A DNA stretch of 43,978 nucleotides from a virus (IMGVR_UViG_3300042563_002362), one strand, 5' to 3'. Positions 27,333-36,819 are shown, numbered from the stretch's first letter. Program-made: numbers and translations. The notes: generated by a model not told the origin, from the sequence alone.

Positions 27333-28570
27333 TGGGACTCAAATCATTCCGTACATATACTGAGGAATCAACTAAGGAATTAGTTGCCACCTTTGGTCGC
27401 TTTAATCCTCCGACAATTGGACATGAAAAATTGATCAATGCCGTCGCAAAAGAGGGTAAGGGTAAAACGTATCGTGTCTATGCTTCGCAAAGCGAAGATT
27501 CAAAAAAGAACCCGCTATCCTATGATGATAAGATCAAATTTATGCGCAAGATGTTTCCTCAATATGGTCGTAATATCATATTGGATCGTAGCATCAAAAA
27601 CGTGTTTAATGTCGCAGCGGCAGCACACGACGACGGCTTTACGAAATTCACATTAGTCGTTGGCAGTGATCGTGTTCCTGAATTTAAGACTTTACTTGCA
27701 AAGTACGATGGCGTAAAAGGTACACATGGTTACTACAAGTTTCGTGATGGTATTCAAGTAGTATCGGCAGGTGAACGTGATCCAGATGCAGATGACGTTA
27801 GTGGAATGAGCGCGTCAAAGATGCGTGCCGCTGCAGCCGATAATGATCTTGATACTTTCGCAAAAGGATTGCCTAAAACATTTGGAGAAGTCAAGGAATT
27901 GTTCAATGCAGTGCGAAAGGGAATGGGACTAAAAGAAAGTCACAACTTCCGTAAGCACGTACAATTTCAACCTCTAAACGATATACGTGAACGCTATATC
28001 GCTGGAGAAATTTTCAATGTTGGAGATCAAGTTTATGCTGAATCTGAGAGTGGAATGATCTTAACCGTTGAATCACGAGGACCAAACAATGTCACGTGTA
28101 AACTACCAAATGGAGAAACTAAACGTTTCTTCTTATCTGATCTTCATATAGTTGAAGGATCTTCTTACTATACCGGTTTGTCTAAATCAACCGCAGACAA
28201 ACGCGAAAAGCATTTTGAAAAGAATGCTAAGAAAGACGATAACAATGACAGTGCATATGAGCCTGCACCAGGCGATAAGACTGCTGTCACTAAGCCTTCA
28301 AAATACACCAAGGAGTATCAAAAAAGATTTGATGAAGAGGCTAGCCCAGCGTCTAAATCACTACGTAAAAAGTCTGAAGAATCTGGTATTGACTATGGTA
28401 TACTTAAAGACGTTTATGATCGTGGACACGCTGCATGGCGAACAGGTCATCGTCCTGGAACAACTCCTGAACAATGGGGATTGGCTAGAGTAAATAGTTT
28501 TATAGTTGGCGGCACTACACAAAAGACCACAGACGCCGACTTGTGGAAAAAACATAAATCAAATAAATAA
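27332..28570 (+). CDS. Cytidylyltransferase-like (HIGH-family) protein with capsid-targeting leader and extra C-terminal domains
   Basis: TFGRFNPPTIGH, KNPL, VVGSDRV, SAGERDPD, MSASKMR; leader LKSFRTYTEE. Confidence 0.85.
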   Translation: MGLKSFRTYTEESTKELVATFGRFNPPTIGHEKLINAVAKEGKGKTYRVYASQSEDSKKNPLSYDDKIKFMRKMFPQYGRNIILDRSIKNVFNVAAAAHDDGFTKFTLVVGSDRVPEFKTLLAKYDGVKGTHGYYKFRDGIQVVSAGERDPDADDVSGMSASKMRAAAADNDLDTFAKGLPKTFGEVKELFNAVRKGMGLKESHNFRKHVQFQPLNDIRERYIAGEIFNVGDQVYAESESGMILTVESRGPNNVTCKLPNGETKRFFLSDLHIVEGSSYYTGLSKSTADKREKHFEKNAKKDDNNDSAYEPAPGDKTAVTKPSKYTKEYQKRFDEEASPASKSLRKKSEESGIDYGILKDVYDRGHAAWRTGHRPGTTPEQWGLARVNSFIVGGTTQKTTDADLWKKHKSNK

Positions 28571-28574
28571 TCAT

Positions 28575-29771
28575 ATGAAGAAACTTTCGGATATTCTGCT
28601 TGAGGCTGAAACGCTAGAGCATGTAAAGACAATCGCAGAAGATGCTGCAACTGACAATAGCAACACAATCATTCCTCCAGTAACGTTGGTCACAGCAGAC
28701 CGAGTCGGCGCTGCTTTGCAGAAGTTAGATCAAATCGGCGAAATGGTTGATGATCTATATAATACGTTTTCTCATCTTGAGGAAATTGATGCAGAAGCTG
28801 ATGCTGCTCTAACAGGTGCATATAATTCTATCGATGATCTATATGCAAAGATTGACGATAAGTATGACATCATCCCAGTTGATCTTGATGAATATGACAT
28901 CGAAGAAGAACTTGAACTCTTTGCTGATGTTGAAACTATCGTTGAAAAGCTTTCGCCTGATGCTCCTGCGTCTGAATGGATCGATGATTTCATTAAGAGC
29001 GATGCTCCACAATTCGAAGGTAAGTCCAAGAAGGAACGTATCAAGATGGCTCTAGGCGCATATTACGGTGCACAACAGAACGAAGATCTTGAGCTTGAAG
29101 AAAGCTTCCGTCCTGGATATGATATGGTACCTGCTCCAATTGGTAAGGATACCTATCAAGCTGATGGACTACGTAAACTCTGGGGTATCAAAATGCGCGC
29201 TGGTAAGTGGGCTGATACCTTTGTAGCCATGTATGCTGACGGTAAGATTGGTATTGTTAATGATCAAGGCGTTAACAAGTACTCAACCGTCGACGCTTTT
29301 GAAAAAGGATTTGAAAAGTACCGCAAGAGTGGCAATCTAGACGAAGCGGTGAATAAAGAAAAGGTGCGCGAGAAGCTTGCGTCTCTGAAGAAAGCATATC
29401 AAGATATTATTGACAAAAAGCAAGATAAGAATTACACCGATAAATATGATGCTCAAGATCGAATTTACCATGATCGTCGATTGAAAGAAATTCCAACTGA
29501 GTTAAAGAAGCTTCGAGCAAAGCTTTTAGGAGAAGATCTTGAGCTTGAAGAAAGTGTTAACCTTCCAAAAATCAAAGAGCTTGTATCACTTGCTCTAATT
29601 GATGAAAAAGATGTACCTGCTACAATCGCTGCATTGAAAGCAACTCAATCTGACAAGGCATTGACTCCTGCGCAAACCAAATTGTTAGGTAACCTTGCTG
29701 TTATGTTGACCAACGTTATCCTTGGAGATACAAGCGCATTGTCAAGCGTTAAACGCGCTGCTAAGGAATAA
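28575..29771 (+). CDS. Modular internal head polyprotein-like protein
   Basis: Start MKKLSDILLE after AATAAATA (28562-69); EDLELEES linker x2; WIDDFIKSDAPQFEGKSK module. Confidence 0.65.
   Translation: MKKLSDILLEAETLEHVKTIAEDAATDNSNTIIPPVTLVTADRVGAALQKLDQIGEMVDDLYNTFSHLEEIDAEADAALTGAYNSIDDLYAKIDDKYDIIPVDLDEYDIEEELELFADVETIVEKLSPDAPASEWIDDFIKSDAPQFEGKSKKERIKMALGAYYGAQQNEDLELEESFRPGYDMVPAPIGKDTYQADGLRKLWGIKMRAGKWADTFVAMYADGKIGIVNDQGVNKYSTVDAFEKGFEKYRKSGNLDEAVNKEKVREKLASLKKAYQDIIDKKQDKNYTDKYDAQDRIYHDRRLKEIPTELKKLRAKLLGEDLELEESVNLPKIKELVSLALIDEKDVPATIAALKATQSDKALTPAQTKLLGNLAVMLTNVILGDTSALSSVKRAAKE
29082..29554 (+). repeat. 23-bp exact direct repeat GAAGATCTTGAGCTTGAAGAAAG (29082-29104, 29532-29554)
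   Basis: Copies are identical, 450 bp apart and in frame. Confidence 0.9.
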
Positions 29772-29826
29772 CTCTATTCCACCTTTCCAGCCATGAAGGA
29801 TATTTTATGATCCCTTCGGGAACCTT

Positions 29827-29864
29827 CGGTTAATCTAGTTTCTTCTGGATTAACCGTTTGTTTT
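29827..29864 (+). terminator. Hairpin/terminator
   Basis: CGGTTAATCTAG/CTGGATTAACCG stem followed by TTTGTTTT. Confidence 0.65.
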
Positions 29865-29905
29865 ATTCAGCCATCCAACAGTTGTCGCAGAATGAATACT
29901 TAATT

Positions 29906-29933
29906 ATTATAACATAGTCTGCGAAAATGTAAA
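29906..29933 (-). promoter_or_regulatory. Minus-strand sigma70-like promoter with flanking inverted repeat
   Basis: Minus strand TTTACA-16nt(TGn)-TATAAT; TCGCAGA 29885-91 / TCTGCGA 29918-24 flank the -10. Confidence 0.7.
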
Positions 29934-29959
29934 TAACAAAATTCATAATAAATAGAATT

Positions 29960-30742
29960 ATGGACTTCAACGGTAAAAAAGAATTAGTAAAACGAGTACA
30001 ACACGCTCTAGGATTAGATGCGGATGGACTAGACGGACAAAAGACATGGGCCGGTATTGTCGATAAGATATGTCCGCTTCCAGCTGAAACACCAAAGCCA
30101 GTTGAATCTGCTGAACAGGCCGTTGCTCTATCGCCACGCGCTTTAAAGCTAATTCTTGATTATGAAGTTGGCGGCGGTGAAGGTTACTATAATGCCGCTT
30201 TAAAGAATCCATGCTATCCAGGCGGTCAAAGCGGAGTTACTATTGGAATCGGTTACGACCTGGGTTATAATACTGCAGCTCAATTTCAAGCGGATTGGGG
30301 TTCATTCATAAAGGAGGGTGACTATAATCGTTTAGTAAGTCATATCGGTAAAAAGCAATTTTCTGCAAAGGCTGCTATCCCTTCTGTTAAGGATATTGTA
30401 ATTCCATGGGATGCTGCTCTTGCGGTGTTCAAGAAAAATACCGTTCCACGTTTTATTAAAGAAACTCTTCGCGCATTCCCAGGCGCAAATAAACTACACA
30501 GCGACGCATTTGGCGCATTGGTATCCTTGGTGTTTAACCGAGGCGGATCTCTTAGTGGAAGCAGTCGTGTCGAGATGCTAAATATCTCGAAAGCAATTAA
30601 AGGAGAAATTCAAACCGCAAACATTTATGGGTACATTGCTGACCAAATTATTTCTATGAAGCGTCTATGGGTTGGTAAAGGGCTTGATGGTTTACTACGC
30701 CGTCGTAATGAAGAAGCCGATATGATTCGCAAATGTAACTAA
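29960..30742 (+). CDS. Endolysin: peptidoglycan-binding domain + lysozyme (GH24/pesticin-like)
   Basis: VQHALGLDADGLDGQKTW; YEVGG..PGGQSGVTIGIGYDLG; ALVSLVFNRG; GLLRRRNEEA. Confidence 0.88.
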   Translation: MDFNGKKELVKRVQHALGLDADGLDGQKTWAGIVDKICPLPAETPKPVESAEQAVALSPRALKLILDYEVGGGEGYYNAALKNPCYPGGQSGVTIGIGYDLGYNTAAQFQADWGSFIKEGDYNRLVSHIGKKQFSAKAAIPSVKDIVIPWDAALAVFKKNTVPRFIKETLRAFPGANKLHSDAFGALVSLVFNRGGSLSGSSRVEMLNISKAIKGEIQTANIYGYIADQIISMKRLWVGKGLDGLLRRRNEEADMIRKCN

Positions 30743-30751
30743 AACAAAAAT

Positions 30752-32023
30752 ATGCCTACTCAATACTTATCAGGACCTAAAACATTAACGCGCGAACGCG
30801 CGCGCTATGAGGTCCACATGTTGGCCGACCAATTAACACCTGGCGGATCTTTAACGGATGCATTTGGTCGCCTACGAACCAGCTCGCCATTTACTATATT
30901 CGACAGTCAGTATCGCTATGGTGATAATGGCAAGTGGGATACGCTAACAGCAACTAATGGCTCTGCCACGCATGTGACAACCGAAAACGTAATGGCGCTT
31001 GCGGTGACCAACGAGTCAGGTAGTAAGGTTATTCGTGAAACACGTCGAGTAATGCCGTATCAGCCTGGAAAAAGTTTGCTAATTCTTGCTAGTTTTTGTT
31101 TAGGAACTCTTAAGGCAAACGTACGTCAACGTGTTGGCTATTTTGGAAATGATGATGGTATATTTCTTGAAGCTGATGGTGAAACCGTTTCATTAAAAAT
31201 TCGTAGTCGCAGCCTTAATACTACGCTAACTGCGGCACGCACTGAATGGAATGGCGATAAGTTTGATGGGACGGGTTATAGCGGCCGCACAATTGATTTT
31301 AGTAAAGCTCAGATATTTTGGATGGATATTGAATGGTTGGGCGTAGGCGATGTTCGTTGCGGATTTGTCGTAGATGGTCATTTAATTGTAGCTCATACAT
31401 TCCACAATGATAACGTCCGAACAACGACATATATGTCAACGGCATGTTTGCCTATTCGTTATGAAATTGAAAACTTAGCCGCAACATCAGGCTCAACCAC
31501 AATGAAGCAGGTTTGCTCGTCGGTAATATCCGAAGGTGGATATGAACCAATTACAAAACAGTGGGCTGCAACAAGAACTACTGCTATCGCAAGTACGTCA
31601 GTTGCAAATGGATATGCTCCGGTTGTATCGCTTCGTTTGAAAAGTGGATATACTGACTCTATAGTCCTCCCTTCACAAGTTCATATTCTTGGCACTGGAA
31701 ATGGAATCATTTATGAATATGCTCTTATACGAAACGCTTCTATTACTGGAGGAAGTTGGACAACGCATACTGGTAGTGGCTCAGTATTAGAATACAATAT
31801 AAGCGCAACATCAATGACAGGCGGGATTGTTGAAGAAAGTGGACTATTTGAAAGTAGCAATCAATCTCGTCAAATAATTAATGAAAATTTACAATATGCA
31901 TTTGAACAGCAATTAGGCAGAACGATCGGTGGTGCTTCTGATACATTTACATTAGGAGTCCGCCACTTAAGCACTGGCGGCGGCAATGTTTATGGCACAC
32001 TAAATTGGAATAGTATATTATAA
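30752..32023 (+). CDS. Putative virion structural protein (beta-rich)
   Basis: DAFGRLR, YQPGKS, WLGVG.VR.G, LPIRYEI; S/T/G-rich. Confidence 0.65.
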   Translation: MPTQYLSGPKTLTRERARYEVHMLADQLTPGGSLTDAFGRLRTSSPFTIFDSQYRYGDNGKWDTLTATNGSATHVTTENVMALAVTNESGSKVIRETRRVMPYQPGKSLLILASFCLGTLKANVRQRVGYFGNDDGIFLEADGETVSLKIRSRSLNTTLTAARTEWNGDKFDGTGYSGRTIDFSKAQIFWMDIEWLGVGDVRCGFVVDGHLIVAHTFHNDNVRTTTYMSTACLPIRYEIENLAATSGSTTMKQVCSSVISEGGYEPITKQWAATRTTAIASTSVANGYAPVVSLRLKSGYTDSIVLPSQVHILGTGNGIIYEYALIRNASITGGSWTTHTGSGSVLEYNISATSMTGGIVEESGLFESSNQSRQIINENLQYAFEQQLGRTIGGASDTFTLGVRHLSTGGGNVYGTLNWNSIL

Positions 32024-32024
32024 T

Positions 32025-32567
32025 ATGGAATCATTTAAAACATATGTAGAAAATTCTACAATCCCAAAGGCGCTTGAGTATCACATCATCAACGATATTC
32101 CATTAGCACAAAACGTTTTCCGCGCCCACACTCCAAACTATTATGCGCTGTTTGAGTATGCTCGACAAAACGTAGATTCGGTTGATACTCTATCTGAGTT
32201 TGATCGTATGCTTATGGAAAGCGATATTGGTCAGTTAGCAACATACGAAGGAATTGAAGTTCCACTTGACCATCCGTTGATTGAAGAAGATGACAAGGAT
32301 GTAGAACTAAATTCTCCAAAGCGTGGTGGCGCTAAGAAGTTCTACGTTTATGTTAAGAATGAAAAGGGTAACATCATCAAAGTTCAGTTTGGTGACACAA
32401 CTGGATTGACCGCAAAGATCGATGATCCTGCTGCTCGCAAATCGTTTGCGGCCCGACATAATTGTGATCAGAAAAATGATAAGACTACTCCTGGCTATTG
32501 GTCGTGCCGCCTCCCAAAATACGCAAAGGAACTTGGCCTAAAAGGTGGAGGGTCGTTTTTTTGGTAA
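32025..32567 (+). CDS. Capsid-targeted conserved phage protein (DUF6321-like C-terminus)
   Basis: Leader MESFKTYVE; KFYVYV..V.FGD..ARKSFAARH.C..GYWSC. Confidence 0.7.
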   Translation: MESFKTYVENSTIPKALEYHIINDIPLAQNVFRAHTPNYYALFEYARQNVDSVDTLSEFDRMLMESDIGQLATYEGIEVPLDHPLIEEDDKDVELNSPKRGGAKKFYVYVKNEKGNIIKVQFGDTTGLTAKIDDPAARKSFAARHNCDQKNDKTTPGYWSCRLPKYAKELGLKGGGSFFW

Positions 32568-32568
32568 T

Positions 32569-32835
32569 ATGCAACCATATCGCGACGGGAATAAAACAAA
32601 CAACACTTGGGTTCGAGAATTTGAACCTAATACCGATAGTCATGAATTGGTTTGGCATCGTGACAAAAACGACCGAGCGGTTAAGGTATTGGAAGGTGAA
32701 GGTTGGGTATTCCAAATGGACGAACAATTACCACGTGAACTTAAGAAAGGTGATGTTCTAACCGTACCTAAAGAAACATATCATCGATTATTTAAGGCAG
32801 GACCCACAGTTTTAAGAATTGAAATTACTGAATAA
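32569..32835 (+). CDS. Small cupin-fold protein
   Basis: WHRD..R.V.V..G.GW.FQMD..P..YHR. Confidence 0.7.
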   Translation: MQPYRDGNKTNNTWVREFEPNTDSHELVWHRDKNDRAVKVLEGEGWVFQMDEQLPRELKKGDVLTVPKETYHRLFKAGPTVLRIEITE

Positions 32836-32839
32836 CCGA

Positions 32840-33196
32840 ATGGAACTAACCGATAAAACTTTTCTAATCTTTGCGGCGCGGCATTATGTTAATCCATGTT
32901 GCATTGACGTAAAAGAATTTTACGAGGATATTTCGAGATTCAAATACCTTAAGAAACTTTTAAAGCGGTACAAAGATAAAGGTGAACTCCAAGAACGCTT
33001 GATATTAAATCATATCATTATCATCCATAATACATTTGGGATCTCTGCAGGTGTCCGCATGTGTTTTTTCAAAATACCTGAGGAATATTGGCCGGCGCTA
33101 AAAACCTTCCTGTTATACCTAAACTACATTTACATAGAGGAACATATAAATATTCCTAGCGACATGTACGTTGTGCGTAGACTGCAGCAAATCTAA
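32840..33196 (+). CDS. Conserved T4-like hypothetical protein
   Basis: FA..HY.NP.C....EF.ED..RFKY.K.L, ERLILNH.I. Confidence 0.75.
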   Translation: MELTDKTFLIFAARHYVNPCCIDVKEFYEDISRFKYLKKLLKRYKDKGELQERLILNHIIIIHNTFGISAGVRMCFFKIPEEYWPALKTFLLYLNYIYIEEHINIPSDMYVVRRLQQI

Positions 33197-33208
33197 CACG
33201 AAAACAAT

Positions 33209-33793
33209 ATGGGATTACTTTCAAGAGCAACTGATACTTTTTATGCATTCCGCTTTTTGCGTTTGCTTACTACTCCATGGGAAAAAACTGGAGCTTATAA
33301 AGCAGGAATCATCGATGATAAAGGCAAGGTCATAAAGAAGCCAGAGACTTCTGATGAAAGGAGCGTCTATAATTATTTCCATCGTTTAGTGTTTAATGTC
33401 AAGCGTATGTTAAACAAACTACCATTTGGGAAGACTACAATTGCAAGTTATCTTACTGCGTTGTTTCTTATTAAGGAACATACCGGATTGTCAAATTCGG
33501 CTCTATCGGAAGCTTTGTATAAAATTACAGATGTAGACGTACACATCCCGTTTTTGCTTGAGAGCACTTGGTATCAAACCGATGATGGATATTTACGTGA
33601 AGGATCATATATACTACGTCATACCTTACCTTTGCCAAAAACCGGTGAAATGTTAGCTCTCCGAAATACTCGAGTACTCGCTGAATCTGACACCAAGCCA
33701 TCTGGAAATATCTTTGGAGCTCCAGTCTATAAGGTGCTCCACTTAAAGACTAACCAATACATTTACGTAAACCAAGCTGACCTAATCCAATGA
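33209..33793 (+). CDS. Conserved T4-like hypothetical protein
   Basis: FRFLRLLTTPW....AYK.GIID..G, FHRLVFN.KR. Confidence 0.75.
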   Translation: MGLLSRATDTFYAFRFLRLLTTPWEKTGAYKAGIIDDKGKVIKKPETSDERSVYNYFHRLVFNVKRMLNKLPFGKTTIASYLTALFLIKEHTGLSNSALSEALYKITDVDVHIPFLLESTWYQTDDGYLREGSYILRHTLPLPKTGEMLALRNTRVLAESDTKPSGNIFGAPVYKVLHLKTNQYIYVNQADLIQ

Positions 33794-34077
33794 CTAACGA
33801 AGATACGACAACCTCAAACGTAGCAATGCCGCCGTCTGACTATCCAAAGACAGGCGCAACCTGGAGACTCTTTAGTGTAAAACCCGATGTCTTTCGTAGG
33901 TTTGAAACCGGGCGTAATAAATTTGAGCGTTGGTCTAAGTACTTAGATTTGACTGACGACACTCATAAGGAGATCTTTGATTATGCTAAGAAGAACAAAG
34001 GTAAAAAGACCATCGTACTTCAGTGCAGCGAAACGGGTGCAATGCGCAGCATTAGAAAACGTGCCGTGAATGAATAA
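33790..34077 (+). CDS. Conserved phage hypothetical protein
   Basis: 95 aa; G..KF.RWSKY, ETGAM. Confidence 0.7.
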   Translation: MTNEDTTTSNVAMPPSDYPKTGATWRLFSVKPDVFRRFETGRNKFERWSKYLDLTDDTHKEIFDYAKKNKGKKTIVLQCSETGAMRSIRKRAVNE

Positions 34078-34082
34078 AATTA

Positions 34083-34150
34083 TTTACATTTGACCTTTGC
34101 TGATATATAGTAAACTATAACAAGAAGGGCTACGTAATGTGGCCCGTTTT
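34083..34150 (+). promoter_or_regulatory. sigma70-like promoter plus leader hairpin for nrdBA
   Basis: TTTACA 34083-88, 17 nt, TATAGT 34106-11; hairpin GGGCTAC/GTGGCCC 34127-45 followed by TTTTT. Confidence 0.65.
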
Positions 34151-34167
34151 TATGTAAAAAAAATCAT

Positions 34168-35148
34168 ATGGATCATAGCATTTTCGAAGAACAAGTATCA
34201 CGTAAACCAAATCATTATTCATGGGCCGAACAATTCATTGAGGCTATGCATAATGGATTTTGGACTGACAAAGAATTTACATTCAAACCTGACCTCCATG
34301 ATTTCCGAACAATCCTCAATGACCAGGAACGCGAAATTGTAGTACGTACTCTTTCGGCAATTGGTCAGATTGAAGTTGCGGTTAAAACCTTCTGGGCAAA
34401 GCTTGGAGAAAACCTTCCACATCCATCTTTACAAGATCTTGGATACGTAATGGCTAACACCGAGGTTATTCATAATAATGCATATGAACGTCTGCTAACT
34501 GTACTTGATCTTGAAGATGTGTTTGAAGAAAACCTCAAGCTTGAATGGATTCAAGGACGTGTCAAGTATTTACGTAAATACACTCATCGATTCTACAAGG
34601 ACTCCAAGAAGCAATACCTATATGCTTTGATACTATTCACGCTACTCGTTGAAAACGTATCGCTCTTTAGTCAGTTCTATGTCATCAATTGGTTTGGAAC
34701 ATTCAAGAATGTTCTTAAGCACACTGATCAGCAAGTCAAGTATACACGTAATGAAGAAACGATTCATGCTCTTGTTGGAATTAAATTGATCAATACTATT
34801 CGTGAAGAACATCCCGAATTGTTTGACGCTGAACTTGAGGAAAGAATTTCGAAAGCTTTAACTGATGCATACCGCGCTGAAAGCACGATTGTTGATTGGA
34901 TGGTAAATGGCATTGATGAAGAAAATTTAAGTGCTCCTATTCTAAAGGAACTTATCAAGCAACGCATCAACGATTCTGTTACTGAAATTGGCTTTGCTAA
35001 ACCGTTTGAGATTGATGATGAACTGATCGGTAAGACCACGTGGTTCTATGAACAGATTCATGGCAACAACATGACAGATTTTTTTCATTCGAAGCCCGTC
35101 GAATATTCTAAGAAGAATCAAAGCTTTGATGAGCAGGAACTGTTCTAA
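34168..35148 (+). CDS. nrdB: Ribonucleotide reductase class I beta subunit (class Id-like)
   Basis: FWT, QIEVAVKTFW, EVIHNNAY, VENVSLFSQF, EETIH, DFF....EY. Confidence 0.93.
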   Translation: MDHSIFEEQVSRKPNHYSWAEQFIEAMHNGFWTDKEFTFKPDLHDFRTILNDQEREIVVRTLSAIGQIEVAVKTFWAKLGENLPHPSLQDLGYVMANTEVIHNNAYERLLTVLDLEDVFEENLKLEWIQGRVKYLRKYTHRFYKDSKKQYLYALILFTLLVENVSLFSQFYVINWFGTFKNVLKHTDQQVKYTRNEETIHALVGIKLINTIREEHPELFDAELEERISKALTDAYRAESTIVDWMVNGIDEENLSAPILKELIKQRINDSVTEIGFAKPFEIDDELIGKTTWFYEQIHGNNMTDFFHSKPVEYSKKNQSFDEQELF

Positions 35149-35166
35149 TACGTGTATAAATTGATT

Positions 35167-36819
35167 ATGGAAACAAATTGTTATTGGCTCAATAAAGATA
35201 GCCGCAAATTTTTAAGTCGTGGCTATCTTCTTGAGGGAGAAACTGCTGAAGTGCGGATTCGCGATATTGCTGAAGGTGCCGAAAAGATTTTAGGAATCCC
35301 TGGATTTGCTGATAAGTTCGAGCGGTATATGCTTCTTGGATATTATTCGTTGTCTAGTCCTATTTGGTCTAACTTCGCGCGCACTCGGGGATTACCTATC
35401 AGTTGCTTTGGAAGTTATATTGAAGATACACTTGAGGCTATCACTGGATATAAGCTCGCGGAAATCAGCATGATGACCAAAGGCGGCGGTGGTACAAGTG
35501 CATACTTTGGTGCGCTTCGTGGTCGCGGTGCTCCAATCGGCAGTGGCGGGCAGTCAACCGGAAGTGTTCACTTTATGGAACTGTATGATAAGCTGATGAA
35601 CGTTGTTTCACAAGGCAACGTTCGTCGTGGATCATTTGCAGCATACCTACCAATTGACCACCCTGATATTGAAGAGTTCCTTAAGATCCGCGGAGAAGGT
35701 AATTCAATCCAGGACATGTCTATTGGCGTTACGGTCAGTGATCAATGGATGCGTGAAATGGTCGATGGCGATAGTTCCAAGCGTAAGATTTGGGGACTCG
35801 TAATCAAGAAGCGTTTTGAGTCTGGGTATCCATACATATTCTTCAGCGACAACGCTAATAATAATGCGCCTGATGTTTACAAGCAGCAGGACATGAAGAT
35901 ACATGCAAGTAACCTTTGTACTGAGATCTTCCTTCCAACTACAAAGGATGAAAGCTTTGTATGCGATCTTAGCTCGATGAACCTTGAAAAGTGGGACGAG
36001 TTTTCTAAGACAGATGCAGTTGAAACACTGGTTTATTTCCTCGACGCTGTTATGACGGAGTTCATCAACAAGACCGAAGGCGTTCCATTTATGGAAGCTC
36101 CAAGAAAGTTTGCAATTCGCCACCGTGCTCTTGGTGTTGGCGTATTGGGTTGGCATAGCTTGCTACAGAAAAAGATGATTCCGTTTGAAGGAATGGAAGC
36201 ACAGTTCCTTAACATGGACATCTGGAAATTTATTCGTGAACGCGCTGATGCTGCAACGACTGAATTGGCCGGTCTCTATGGAGAGCCTGAAGTATGTAAG
36301 GGTTATGGCCGTCGCAATACAACCACTCTTGCAATTGCTCCAACAACTTCAAGTTCATTCATCCTCGGTCAAGTATCTCCGTCGATTGAACCGCTTAACA
36401 GTAACTACTTTGTCAAGGATCTTGCAAAAGGAAAGTTCACTTATCGCAATCCATACCTAGCTGAACTGCTTAAGACTAAGCAGCGCGACAACACTGAAGT
36501 GTGGAAGGATATCCTTGTTCATGGTGGAAGTGTACAACATCTTGACTTCTTGACTCCCGAAGAAAAGGCAGTGTTTAAGACCTTTGGTGAAATCTCGCAG
36601 AAGGAAATTGTTACACAAGCCGTTCAACGTCAGCGATATATAGATCAAGGGCAGAGTCTAAATCTTATGATTGGCCCGAAAGTCAAACCAAAAGAGGTTA
36701 ATGAATTAATGATCTATGCGTGGGAAAACGGTATTAAAAGCTTATACTATCAACGCAGCGCAAATCCAGCACAGGAACTCGCGCGTAGCATCTTAACATG
36801 TAGCACATGTGAATCATGA
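35167..36819 (+). CDS. nrdA: Ribonucleotide reductase class I alpha subunit, short, no ATP-cone
   Basis: LPISCF, GGGTS, SNLCTEI, IAPTTSSS, DQGQSLN, KSLYYQRS, C-terminal CSTC. Confidence 0.95.
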   Translation: METNCYWLNKDSRKFLSRGYLLEGETAEVRIRDIAEGAEKILGIPGFADKFERYMLLGYYSLSSPIWSNFARTRGLPISCFGSYIEDTLEAITGYKLAEISMMTKGGGGTSAYFGALRGRGAPIGSGGQSTGSVHFMELYDKLMNVVSQGNVRRGSFAAYLPIDHPDIEEFLKIRGEGNSIQDMSIGVTVSDQWMREMVDGDSSKRKIWGLVIKKRFESGYPYIFFSDNANNNAPDVYKQQDMKIHASNLCTEIFLPTTKDESFVCDLSSMNLEKWDEFSKTDAVETLVYFLDAVMTEFINKTEGVPFMEAPRKFAIRHRALGVGVLGWHSLLQKKMIPFEGMEAQFLNMDIWKFIRERADAATTELAGLYGEPEVCKGYGRRNTTTLAIAPTTSSSFILGQVSPSIEPLNSNYFVKDLAKGKFTYRNPYLAELLKTKQRDNTEVWKDILVHGGSVQHLDFLTPEEKAVFKTFGEISQKEIVTQAVQRQRYIDQGQSLNLMIGPKVKPKEVNELMIYAWENGIKSLYYQRSANPAQELARSILTCSTCES

